From positions 1,922,001 to 1,986,000 of the forward strand of contig CM030336.1 in NCBI GenBank assembly GCA_017654855.1: a stretch of 64,000 nucleotides of DNA, read 5' to 3'. How positions within the stretch are numbered: position 1 is the stretch's first letter; each line of letters starts with the position of its first letter. The DNA comes from Podospora anserina (Eukaryota). Below, piece after piece: positions 52,120 to 62,974 of this stretch. The notes under the pieces are model-generated. The model did not search any database. It saw nothing but the letters and a program-made list of their open reading frames with translations, and was not told where the DNA came from. A program made the position numbers and the translations under genes.

Positions 52120-52517
52120 TGTCACGAATATAATGTGGACACCCGCAAAGAACAACTAATAAGGAAAAGGAGGCACGGCAGCCAATTAAAAAAAAGGAGG
52201 ATAGACCAATAAGAGGTAGATCATCCGGGACATAAAGGAATTATAAGCGATTCCTAGGAATCACTCATGATCCTTAGGAGTCGGTTATGATCCGGGGAGA
52301 AACAAAATAATTTAAGCTTAGCATTAGGTCTATATATACGAAGGAACTAAATAGCTTATAAATAATTCCGCAGTATACAATTTACAATTATATTCACGGT
52401 ATCTTATATTTATATTAAGACATCTTATTATACACTATTTAGCTACACCGAACTAATTGTTAGAAGTTACCTTCAACCCGTATCTCTTTTAGAGGTTCTA
52501 TATAGGGGTTCGTTATA
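52120..52517. mobile_element. Solo LTR copy 2 (398 bp), RIP-mutated
   Basis: Ends TGTCACG...CGTTATA, flanked by the 5-bp TSD ATAGG. Confidence 0.92.
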
Positions 52518-53906
52518 ATAGGGTAGCTTTGCGGGTATTAGCCTTATACCGTATAATCTAGAGAGGGTACTTTCTAAACTAAATATAAAGCTTCGTACGC
52601 TAATACCTCTAAACTTACGGCTCGGTACTATATAACCTTAGGTCTCCCAGACACTACATAACCCTCGAGAAACTAACTTATAGTTAACGCTTATTAAGAC
52701 TCGTATTATTAACTATTAAAATAGCTTCCCGACTTTAATACTAACTACAGTAAACCAACTTACTAAGGGTATAACGGCTATAATACACCAGGTGGCTCTC
52801 CTTCGTGCAGAGGTCTCTTCGCTCCGTAAAGCCAATAAAGTACTAAGTAAGCGCCGGAGAGCCAAAAAAAACACGTATGAGGCTTAGAGGGTCACTTACT
52901 ATATAAGAGGCACAGGATCTACTAGATCAGAAGGCCGTGGATAGGGAGGAAGTGCAAGAAACGTAGCCGGATAGTAGTAATACAGGGGAAGATCGTACGA
53001 GGGTTCGGTGCTATGGTGTGTGCGGCAAGCCTGGCCATAACGCGCGCACTTGCCAGGAGGCTGGGGAATTATCTGATTCAGCCGTTTCTAATATAATTGT
53101 AGTTGCTTCCTAGTGTTGTTGCAGTATAATTGAGGATAGTTTGTTACGGTGTGGTGGGAAGTGGGTCACTCGCTTATATAGGTCACTCGCTTATAATATA
53201 CGTTATCCCGGGCTCTCAGTGTCTTCAAGAGACATTTTTCTCAGTCTAAACACTTACAAAACCTCCTTATTACAAACCAAACTTTTCACAGCCTTCTAAA
53301 CCCATCACCCTCACTGTCCCGCAAGATCTGCTGAAAACGTATGCATATCTGAGAGGTGTTACTGGGCAAAGACAGGGTTGAGCTTTCTAAAAAGAACTAA
53401 AGACTGGAACTACTCTCTGTAATTAAAAGGCCGTGTCGCTAAAATGACCAGCACTAGCAAATTTCGAGCTTGCTGTTTCTCCTAAGTATCACCTAACGGA
53501 CAATAATCGGAGACTACGACACACTATCGACGCTTGATAGGGAGTAACCAGGACCAAAGTTTGGTGAGTATTCGAGGCCGTTCTGCTTGGCGATATCGAG
53601 TTCAAGTTCCACAATGAACATATCAACCAGCGGTCAAACATTAAACTCGAGAAAATTACCACCCTTCATATCCCCCCCAGCTTTATACAAGCCATGCAAA
53701 CATACATACAATCGCCCCCCAAACCTCTCACCACCCCAATCTACCCCCCTTCTTCCTTACCCCAACCAAAAATGCAAATCAAATGTATTCGCCCAACATA
53801 TCACCATCATCATCTTCATCCAAAAAGAAGTTTTATGCAATGCACAACCTAGCCAACCTCCCCCCCCCAATAAAGTTCATTTCTATCAAACCCCCACCCC
53901 GCTTTT

Positions 53907-56900
53907 CTATGCTCTACCCCCAACCCCAAGCCCAACCTGCCCCGGCATGGCATTGAACCCAAGCCCACCACCACCACCACCACTACCACCTCCTCCCCCA
54001 GAACTACCCGGCGCAGAAGGCATCGTGTTCGTCCCCGTCCTCTCTCTCATCCTCCGGCCTTCCATCAGACCTCTCAAACCCCTCTTCTGCAGTCCAATAA
54101 CACTGCTCAGGTCACCAGTCCACGGCTCCCTCCCTGTTCCCCGCTCGCTGTCCATCTCGGAGCTCCATTCACTTCCCACGCTAGTGGTGGCGCTCAGCTC
54201 ATCGCTCGAAGGACGGGCGCCAGGCACCGAGGTGCTAATCTTGAGCCCGGCAGCCCGCCCGGCAAGACCGCCCGTGGCAGAGTCCGCGTCGCTGCCGGCA
54301 AAGCTGCTGCTGCTGGGCTGGCCATCAGGGCCAAGAAGGGCGTCGACACCGGCCGACACGGGGAAGAAGTTGGGGTTCAGGGTGCCGTCGATGCCCCGGC
54401 CACCGCCAGCCGCCATGGCTGTGGCGTTAAAGACAGCAGCTGCGTTGCGACTGTCGAGAAGGCTGTGGAGGCGTTCAATCACTGCTTCCAGGAGTCCATC
54501 GATTCGATATGGCCTGGCGATCTGCAAAAGACTGCAGAGAATTTGGGGTGTGCACAGCGGCGAAGAAGGTGCGGGCAGGGCTGACGTGTACAGGAAGTGA
54601 AGAAGAGCCTGGACGGTAAGGTATGTGTGAGGTAAGTACAGACACCTCGGTCGACTGTTGGGTGGAAGGGTGCGTGGCGTCGGCGCCGTGTTGATGGCCG
54701 CAAGATCCATGGGTGGCGAAGAGACGGAGGATCCAGCTATGCTTGGCGCGAGGGTAGTAGTACTCGACGAAAACACAGACGATTGTCCAGGGCCTCGTCC
54801 ACCCTGCGCTGAAACCGAGTTGGACCTTAGAGTGGCGGCATCACTGCCATCTTGCATCGCCGTCCCTTCTCGGAGGAGCTGCACAAAGTAAGGGCCCCAC
54901 CTCCGGGCGACGATCCTCGAATTGATCGGTATCCTTTCACCTCCAATGCAAAGAATGTCCATATCAGCCAGCTCCCTCAGTGCCAAGGCCTTCTCACCAA
55001 GCTCCTCGGCAGCACGGCTGTGATACCTTCCACCGGCAGTAACACCCGCTTTGCGCGACAAGCTAAGCCCAGGCCCAGTATAGGGGCTGCTGGCACTAAC
55101 GAAGCCACTCATTGGTGCCGTCTTGCGAGGGTTATCGTAAAAGCCAAAGGCTTCCAGTTCTACCATGCACACATTGCTGAAGTTTATCCTCCGATGATTG
55201 TAGTCGTCCACCAAACTCCTTTTCCTGTTGCCAAGAACCACAAAGGTGTTTCGCCTGTTCCAAAGAACACCGCGGTTCCAGCTTCCCTGGCTGAACACAG
55301 CTCCGCCGGCATCAATGCGACTCCACGTCAACGTCCGCAAATCCAGCGCCCAGAGAGCATATTCTTGCTTTGAAGATGTGAGGTATGTGCCGCTCACAAC
55401 GAAGTGTGTATCGATGACACCTCCGTTGGGAAACCTAAGCCCTGGCGGGGTGTAGGAGCCGCTCATCGGTCGTTCGCTAAGGTGGCCATCGCTGGACCTG
55501 ATTTGAAGCTCGAGCTTGACGTCGAGGAAGTTGTAGTTGCTGTAGATGAGCATGCTCGACCCAGCTTCCCGGGCCTCCAAACTCGCTCCTGCAGCATCCT
55601 GCCGAGCACCGTTCGGATGTGTCTTTCCAACCTTGGCAGCCACAGAGGGCGGAAGGGGTGCAACCACGCTTCTATATGCGCCGCAGCTCTTGCCCAGCGG
55701 CTGTGTTGAAACCCACTTCAAACTCCGTAGGTTGAAGACGCTTATTTGCTCAATGTAATGGTTGGCCGCATCTTGCCCTCCCACCACGATCATCTCAGCA
55801 CCGCCCGTGCCGTCAATGTTGATGCCGATGCGCCCCTCATTCGGATTCCCACTCGATGGATTGTGCTGCAGGGCCGATAGAGGCGCCCTGTGGGAGGCAA
55901 ATGTGGCGGATGACGGCAGGATGCAGGCGCAATGCGCATAACGGCCTTGTGGGGCGTCCTGTGTTGGAATGTAGGTCCATTTTTTGGTCGGTATATCGTA
56001 GATGTAGATATCCGACATGACCGTGACCTCGGGTTGTTGGTCTTGGGGTATCGCATTTTTTTGGCTCGTCGTCGGAGACATGCCGCCGTAGCAAACCATC
56101 TTTGTATCACCAAGCGCGCACATTGAGTGGAAGTAACGAGGTGGAGGGATATCGCCAGTCGTTTCCAACTTTGTCCAGTGCCGGCGGATCAAATCCAATT
56201 CGTAGAGGTCTGCCGTTAAGGGCGCTGGTCTGCTTCTTGATAATATCCTGCCGCCAAAGACGTAGAGCTTATCCCCCAGAACCGTCGTGGTTGCGCCGAC
56301 CAGAGGGTGTGGTTCCCGACCCGTGGTTCGGTGAACATTACACATCAGACCAGACAGGTGTGTGGAAGGTCCAGCAGGGCCACCTATGGTTCCTCCCACC
56401 GTACCCCCCCTCGCCTGAACCGAGTTGGGAGATGCTCCGGCAGAAAGAGGGCCATTACTTCTTGGTGTCAAGTTTTCACCACGTTCCTCTTGCCCGTCCT
56501 GCCTGGAGCCATTGTTTAAATTCCCATTCACGTTCACTTCTTGATTATGATTGTCCCCTTGAGGTCTCATGTAGAGACCGCCGGCCTGTTGCTCCGCAGA
56601 TGACGTCGAATCCATCGTTCCAGGCCTGTGATCTTTCTGTTCTTCGGTAGTTTCGGCGTCTAGAATCGTCGCCAGACTCCCCTGGGTGTGAGGATGTGCC
56701 AAAGGGGTCAGCGGGGATGCCGGGGAAAGCTGTGGCGGGGGCGGTTCGGGTAGGGGTTTCGATAGACTGTCTTGGAGGCTCAAATTCCGAGCATGGTGAG
56801 TTGGGCGAGCGCTCCTTGGAGGATTGGAGTATTGTCCCGGGGTTGGTTGTCTCTCGATCGTGGGAACAACAGTTTCCGAAGGCCGTCGAAGTCCAACAAG

Positions 56901-57110
56901 AGAGGGCTTCCTCGTGAGCCTCGGCCAGTCGTCTCGCGTGGGAGCAACCTTTTTGATGCCTCGGAAGGCAGATGTGATGATTTCTGAGGGGGACTTGGAT
57001 GGTGAACGTTCGTCAGTCTCAGAGTCAGAGAAGCGGCTCAGATCCTGAGAGTCGGCCTGCTGCTGTCCTGATGATTTGCCGAATGTTAGCCCAAGTCCAG
57101 AACCCGACAT
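53907..57110 (-). CDS. Kelch-repeat + BTB-like protein, Ral2/Mds3/Pmd1 family
   Basis: Intronless ORF of about 1067 aa with kelch motifs (KLYVFGG, PPPRYFHS, CYGG, PQGRYAH, VVGG), PPGLRFP, DMDILC..G.RIP....RRWG.YF and LPH...TVQALLHFLYT. Confidence 0.88.
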   Translation of the reverse strand: MSGSGLGLTFGKSSGQQQADSQDLSRFSDSETDERSPSKSPSEIITSAFRGIKKVAPTRDDWPRLTRKPSLVGLRRPSETVVPTIERQPTPGQYSNPPRSARPTHHARNLSLQDSLSKPLPEPPPPQLSPASPLTPLAHPHTQGSLATILDAETTEEQKDHRPGTMDSTSSAEQQAGGLYMRPQGDNHNQEVNVNGNLNNGSRQDGQEERGENLTPRSNGPLSAGASPNSVQARGGTVGGTIGGPAGPSTHLSGLMCNVHRTTGREPHPLVGATTTVLGDKLYVFGGRILSRSRPAPLTADLYELDLIRRHWTKLETTGDIPPPRYFHSMCALGDTKMVCYGGMSPTTSQKNAIPQDQQPEVTVMSDIYIYDIPTKKWTYIPTQDAPQGRYAHCACILPSSATFASHRAPLSALQHNPSSGNPNEGRIGINIDGTGGAEMIVVGGQDAANHYIEQISVFNLRSLKWVSTQPLGKSCGAYRSVVAPLPPSVAAKVGKTHPNGARQDAAGASLEAREAGSSMLIYSNYNFLDVKLELQIRSSDGHLSERPMSGSYTPPGLRFPNGGVIDTHFVVSGTYLTSSKQEYALWALDLRTLTWSRIDAGGAVFSQGSWNRGVLWNRRNTFVVLGNRKRSLVDDYNHRRINFSNVCMVELEAFGFYDNPRKTAPMSGFVSASSPYTGPGLSLSRKAGVTAGGRYHSRAAEELGEKALALRELADMDILCIGGERIPINSRIVARRWGPYFVQLLREGTAMQDGSDAATLRSNSVSAQGGRGPGQSSVFSSSTTTLAPSIAGSSVSSPPMDLAAINTAPTPRTLPPNSRPRCLYLPHTYLTVQALLHFLYTSALPAPSSPLCTPQILCSLLQIARPYRIDGLLEAVIERLHSLLDSRNAAAVFNATAMAAGGGRGIDGTLNPNFFPVSAGVDALLGPDGQPSSSSFAGSDADSATGGLAGRAAGLKISTSVPGARPSSDELSATTSVGSEWSSEMDSERGTGREPWTGDLSSVIGLQKRGLRGLMEGRRMRERTGTNTMPSAPGSSGGGGGSGGGGGGLGFNAMPGQVGLGVGGRA

Positions 57111-57893
57111 GTCGTCCACAAAGCTGTGCCGCACAGCTGGACACACGACTAGGGCTAGCAGCCAAGCGAGGAGGCTCTTTCAGAGCGACGCGAAGGGCAA
57201 AGGAAGGTGAACGGACAAATGTCCGGCAGCGCCTTGGTCAAGGCCGGTACAAGTAGAGGTAGAAATGCAAATAGGTGTCAATATAGGTAAGGGGGGTCAA
57301 GTAGAGAGCCAAGGCAAGTGAGAAGGTGACGTGTCGAACAGGGGAGATGCCAGGCTAGAAGTATGTGTGATCTGTTGGAGTGGTAGTGTAGAAGGGGAAA
57401 ACTCGGGGCAGCGGTTTAGAACAACCCGCCACCAAGGCACAGGCGAGGCGCGGTGAACACTGTCGGTCAACCAAAGGCCGGCGGTCCTGATCCCAGTCGT
57501 GGAGTTTTGCTGACGGGGGCCTGAGGACTAGGGGGGGCTAGGAAGCCGTCGCCGGTCGGTCGGGTGTCCCTGGCTAGCAAACGCTCCCGGGATCTCGGGT
57601 AGTGCTGTCTCCTGGTTCGGACCGCAACACAGAGTAGTGACGAGGAACCTTGGTGGTTTCGTGAGAGGACAGGTGAGGCGATAGGTGGACAGGAGAAGAG
57701 GGACGGTGAAGATGCAAGGCAACAGGAAAGATATGAGTGGGGGTTTGCGATGGAATGCTGTCTAGCGCACAAAAGGGCTCTGGAATACAAAATGACAAGG
57801 AGAGAAACTGGGGCATTTGCAATGGTGACGCCGCCACTGTAGCCGACGACAGACGGGCAGACAGACAGAACACAAAGGCCGAAAACCAGGAAC

Positions 57894-57897
<4 letters not shown>

Positions 57898-57934
<37 letters not shown>
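57898..57934. repeat. (CT)n dinucleotide microsatellite
   Basis: Directly visible, upstream of the kelch gene. Confidence 0.9.
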
Positions 57935-57937
<3 letters not shown>

Positions 57938-59227
57938 ATCACCACGATGTGTGTGGGTTTGTCTGCGGCACACAGTGCCTTGCGACGTTGCAGTGCTTAA
58001 TTTCCGCGACAGGCCTGGATGGGGATGCGATTTGCGCGCGGTGAGTCGAGGTGTTGATAGGATGAAAGAGTCGACCCGCGATGTCCACCGCCTGCCCTTG
58101 GTGTGCAGTGCGGTCCAGCGGTCTCGAGGGCACGGACCGGACTGGCGTTTGATCTCGTCGGTCGAAGGTGGAGTTGTGTTCTATGAGGTCTGTGAGGCCC
58201 CTCACCACCAGGTACAAGGCACAAGGCACAAGGTACAGTTCTCTGTTGCCGCCGGCGGGCACACAAAGGAAGTATGTTCGTATGTACGGGTGAGTCAATT
58301 GGGCAGTCCCAGCAGTCACGTACGGTTCGATGATGTGCGCAGATTGGACATTCATTCGCAGGTATTGGAAGCATTCGAGAATTGTGGGGATGCCACCACC
58401 ACCTCAAGTGTCTGCAACAAGGGGCTCAATTCAATATATCGACGCACGGATCAGTGCGTGGTCTGCCACCCGTCCTCGGTTAAGCGAGCTCTCCTGCAGC
58501 CAGACCTTCCAGACTTTCCATATGCTTGGGCTTTTGTTTCTTTGGATATAGCCGACGATATGTTGGCACGATTGGTCAGTCAAGAGAGCTTTCGGTGAAA
58601 CTGAAACGTCCAAAGTACTCTGTGTGATGGCGGTAAGAAACACCTCAACCTGGCCATTTTCACACCATCCCTTCTGCAGTTGGTCAAGAAGCCTCCTGAA
58701 AATGCTCGGAAGTCCTCCCAAATAGGAAGGCCATCGCACGAATCAGCAGTGAGTTCTCGCAGTGACAGGCACCTCTCGTCTGACATGGCGTTCCATGTGA
58801 TGAACCAGGTATCGATCTTTCCTTTCTACCAATGGGTTTCAAGTCTCGGCAAGGTCATGTCATTAAGAAGCAGCATTTTAATCATATAGCTCCGCAATAG
58901 GAGCGAGGACCTTGATGGTTTAAGGCAGACAGAAACAATTACAATTTCCACTAACAAAGAACTGGAGTTAAAAAAGGCTCATATTGCTCATGTTTGCTAG
59001 CTACATCTCAACAACGGCCTAGATTAAGCAAATAGCTTCCATAGAAGCTCCGCCAGAAGAATTCCTTTTGGTCCCTGTTCCCTGCCCATTCAAACGCCTG
59101 TCAACAATCCCTGACCTTTTCAAATCGGCGCCGACTTTTTCTTTGACTTCATTATATGCGTAACGTTCTGATATCATCGCCCCATTCCTAAACACCACAC
59201 CATATCCTTCTCCGTCCGCGATCCCAT

Positions 59228-60034
59228 TTAGTCAATCTCGGGGAGAGGGGTGAAGCGGAGGTAAGGCTTGACGGCACGGAGGTTGGGGAAGAGCTTGGTG
59301 GCCTCGTCGCCCTTGATGCTGGGGTGGACAATGACATCATCACCGGGGACCCAGTTGATGGGGGTGGTGACCTTGTGCTTGTCACCGGTCTGGAGGGACT
59401 GGATGACACGGAGGATCTCGGCGCTGTTGCGGCCGGTGGAGGCGGGGTAGGAGAGGATGCAGCGGATGGTCTTCTTGGGGTCGATGAAGAAGACGGAGCG
59501 GATGGTGAAGGCAATGCCCTTCTCATCGACGTTGGTGGTGTCCTGGTAGTCGATCCTGTGGTTACACATGTCAGTGAGTGCTTGTGGTATTGGTAGCACA
59601 GGTAGGTCCAGCTCACATGTCATAAAGGTAGGCGACCTTGCGCTCCTTGTCGGCAATGATGGGGAAGTTGACCTGGGAGCCGGTGACGTCCTTGATGTCG
59701 CTGATCCAGCCCTCGTGGCTACCGAGGGTGTTGGCAGAGAGACCGATGAGCTTGACGCCGCGCTTGGAGAACTCAGGCTCGAGGCGGGCCATCTCACCGA
59801 GCTCGGTGGTGCAGACGGGCGTGTAGTCCTCGGGGTGGGAGAAGAGGATGACCCAGTTGTCGCCAATGAACTCATGGAAGTCAATGGGACCCTTGGTGGT
59901 CTCGGCCTGGAAGTTGGGGGCAATGGTGCCCAGACGGAGGCTACATAAAAGTAAACAGTTAGTTGCCTGGCACGATGAAGCAAGATGGGGAGCTGGTGAG
60001 AGGGAACATACGGTTCGTTACGCTCAGCAGCCAT
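59228..60034 (-). CDS. PRX1: 1-Cys peroxiredoxin (Prx6 subfamily), 3 exons
   Basis: LRLG..APNF, LFSHPEDYTPVCTTELG, RSVFFIDP, YPASTGRN..EILR and TPINW. Confidence 0.94.
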   Translation of the reverse strand: MAAERNEPYVPSHQLPILLHRARQLTVYFYVASVWAPLPPTSRPRPPRVPLTSMSSLATTGSSSSPTPRTTRPSAPPSSVRWPASSLSSPSAASSSSVSLPTPSVATRAGSATSRTSPAPRSTSPSLPTRSARSPTFMTCELDLPVLPIPQALTDMCNHRIDYQDTTNVDEKGIAFTIRSVFFIDPKKTIRCILSYPASTGRNSAEILRVIQSLQTGDKHKVTTPINWVPGDDVIVHPSIKGDEATKLFPNLRAVKPYLRFTPLPEID

Positions 60035-60932
60035 TGGGAAGGTGTTTGGGTATCTTAACGTGAAAGTAGGGTATAGATGAAGACGATGAAGACAGGCTGC
60101 AGATGGGAAGAACAGGAGAAAGGAGAACTACGTATGAGGTGATGGAGGGGCAGACCGTGGGCATTTAAACTTGCAGCAGCTCCTGTGAACGGTGGGCTCC
60201 TCCGACTCCTTGGGCCTCCGACTCTCCTCAGCTCGCCTGGATTAATAAAGCGGCTTTTTCCTGGGCCTCGCTACGCGTGACAATAGCTGGGCTGGCAAGT
60301 GACCGAAGACATTCTCGTCCCATAGCCATCCATTCACGCCTTTGATCCCCGCGACAGCCCGAAACCAGCCGTCACAGAAGCTGCGAGCTCTCCTCCTGGG
60401 CGGTCCGACGCGGGGCATCTTGGGGGGGGATTTGCCCCTCCATCACCTTGACGTGGGGTAGAGAGCTGCCCCTCAGTGTCCGAATTGGGATTGGCGGCGC
60501 ATTGCGCGATCAAGCACGCCCGTGATTGGTCCCGAAGACGACGTAAAATATTATGTCATTTGGAGTGTGTTGTCGCAACACTCACAACGCCATAGTGGGG
60601 GGGTTGCACTTTGGTGGTGATTATTGACAACGCCAATGTTGTCTGGGTGGATGGAGGCGGGGGCTACTGAAGTCATTCTTGGCACTCTCGTTTCAGTGGG
60701 TTCGATACCTCCATCGCCATCCGCATATCGGAGCATCGGTTGCCGGTGGCTTGCTCACATGGCAACCAGAAGAATGGGGGTGTCATCATATACACAATAG
60801 GTCATTACTCTACAACAGTCCCGGGTATCAAAGTATGATGATCGACAGAGGAACAATGTCAACAAAGAAAAAAGGGCCATAATGAAACTCCAAGCGCCCG
60901 CTGGAAACCGTCCTCGCAACACCCTCCCGTCG

Positions 60933-62974
60933 TCAAAGCTTCACCTTGCCGCCCTGCAGCGAGCTCCAATCATTCGGCCCAAACCTCTCATATGATGCCC
61001 CCTTCAACCAGAAGATATCATCACTGCCAGTCTTGCTAGGATCCACGCCCTCGTTTCGCAGGCCGACCTTTTGCTGCTTGTTTGTCCCGGTGCTCTCGAG
61101 CGACCCATCCTTGGCGACTCGGAGGAAAAGAGGCAACGCGTATCTGGGCAGGTTGGCCATTACATGCTCCGCCAGCGTCTTGAGCGTCTCGCTGGTAGGA
61201 ACACCGTCATGTCCCAAAGCCGAGGGCTTGAAAACCACGGCTGCGCATCCAGCCCGGCCCTCATGTCCCGGAATCTCTACGCCATACACATTTGACTCTT
61301 GGATTCCTGGATGAAGTCCCAGGATATGAGCCACCTCAGCGGTCGACACATTCTCACTCTTCCACCTGAAGGTATCGCCGATCCGGTCGTTGAAGTAGAT
61401 CCTGTGCTCGCTATCTCGACGAACCACATCACCAGTCCGGAACCAAGCATCGCCCTTCGAAAAGACATTGCGCATGATCTTCTTGGACGTGGCACCCGTA
61501 TCGCCGTAGTATCCCTGGAACCTCGCCTCTACATTCTTCGCCGGGAGCGAAAAGAGCAATTCGCCTGGCTCGCCCTCCGGTGTCCGCACGCAGAATCCAG
61601 TCTTGGGATCTCTGAGTGGCAATTCCGTCTCATGATCAACCTCGACGATGGCGATAGACCGGCCAACAAGCAGGTTGTACAGGGCGCCAGCCCGTCCTAC
61701 GGAGCCCATGCTGAAGTCGTTTCTGCTCACGTTCCATGTTGCAAAACTTCCCTCGGTGGCGCCGTAGAACTCGGCAATCGTCTCAATGCCGTACCGCTCC
61801 TTGAAGGCATTCCACACGTCGGGACGAAGACCGTTTCCAAAGGCGACCCGGACTTTGTGCTTCTTGTCGAGGTTCTCGCCCGTGACGGGATCCAATTTTG
61901 TTGGGGCCGAGAGCAGATATCTGCATGTTTCGCCGACGTATTGGATGATCGTGGCATTGTGTTTTCGGACGTCGTCCCAGAAGTGACTAGTGGAAAATTT
62001 CCTGCTCATGGCAAATGTAGCGCCCACGTTCAAAGTGTGAGCAAATCCCAGCAGCATAGCCGTCGAATGGTAAAGGGGCATTGCCTATTGTGGTGGTCAG
62101 TGACGAAGCTTCCTCGCTGTAGACATGGCACCTACAGTGTAAAACACATCATTCTTGCCCGTGCCAACCAATCGAGATGTAAAACCACCAACAACAGCAA
62201 CCTTGGCCCAAGAAACAATCGCGGCCTTGGGTAAGCCTGTTGTGCCGCTTGTGTAAATAAGTATGCCCATTGCCTCGCCCGCCGCACCACTCCGCAGCTC
62301 ATCCGCAGGCCTGGTACCATCAAACGCCAACATCTGACTCTCCAACTGTGGTGTCACAACTTCAAACATGGTTCCGCTCAGCTCGGACTTGACATCCTCC
62401 CCAACGTTTCCAGCCACGATAGGGTCGATGAGCATCAACCGCGCGTTCGCCCTCTTGACGCAGTGAACGAGTGCCGCACCGGTGAGGTTGTAGTTGATAA
62501 GTGCCGGAACAGCCCCGATAGCCCACAAAGCCAGCAACAAGAAAATAAAAGTGTCGGTATTCTGGAAGTCAAGCGCAACCATTTCCCCCTTCTTCACACC
62601 CCGGCGATCCTTGAGAAAATTGGCATAGCGGAGAACTGTGTCGTAGGCTTGCGCATATGTGTAAGTCATGTCTTCAAAACGAAGGAAAACGCGGTTTTCT
62701 GAGGACTTGGAGGTGGCGAGGTCTTCGAGGCGGTAAAAGAAGTTGACACGATCACGCTGAGTCCACCATGCCACGTTTGCTACCGTGGGCAGGATAGACT
62801 TCAACAAGTGGAGATCGTAAGAGACCTGCCATCGAGCATTCAGATATGCTGCGGTGGCCGTCAAGGCCGAGGCGGCGACTGGAAGAGATACCGGCACTGC
62901 GGGCTGTCAGATATCAGGTTGTTGTACCAAGGACTGAGATGCATGTGAATCGGAAGCAGCTTACAAGCAGCCAT
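60933..62974 (-). CDS. FAT1: Very-long-chain acyl-CoA synthetase / fatty acid transport protein, 3 exons
   Basis: YTSGTTGLPKAA, MPLYHST, QYVGETCRYL, GNGLRPDVW, EFYGATEG, GDAWFRTGD and DRIGDTFRWKSENVST; 10-nt first exon ATGGCTGCTT. Confidence 0.93.

Larger units (their letters stand above)
50535..53203 (+). mobile_element. RIP-inactivated Fot1/pogo (Tc1-mariner superfamily) DNA transposon with two nested solo LTRs
   Basis: 47-bp TIRs (50535-50581 and 53157-53203, starting ACGT, each with two TATAAGCGAGTGACC repeats) flanked by TA. Relic transposase shows HTH LSERAAAKIYGV..TL, DIYNFDET, PPHSSHLLQPLD and C-terminal CGKPGHNARTC, with many TAA/TAG stops. Confidence 0.95.

Noticed and set aside
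51111..52517. Single non-autonomous LTR element (TRIM-like) with a 611-bp interior
   Set aside because: Each LTR has its own distinct TSD, and the interior is co-linear transposase sequence
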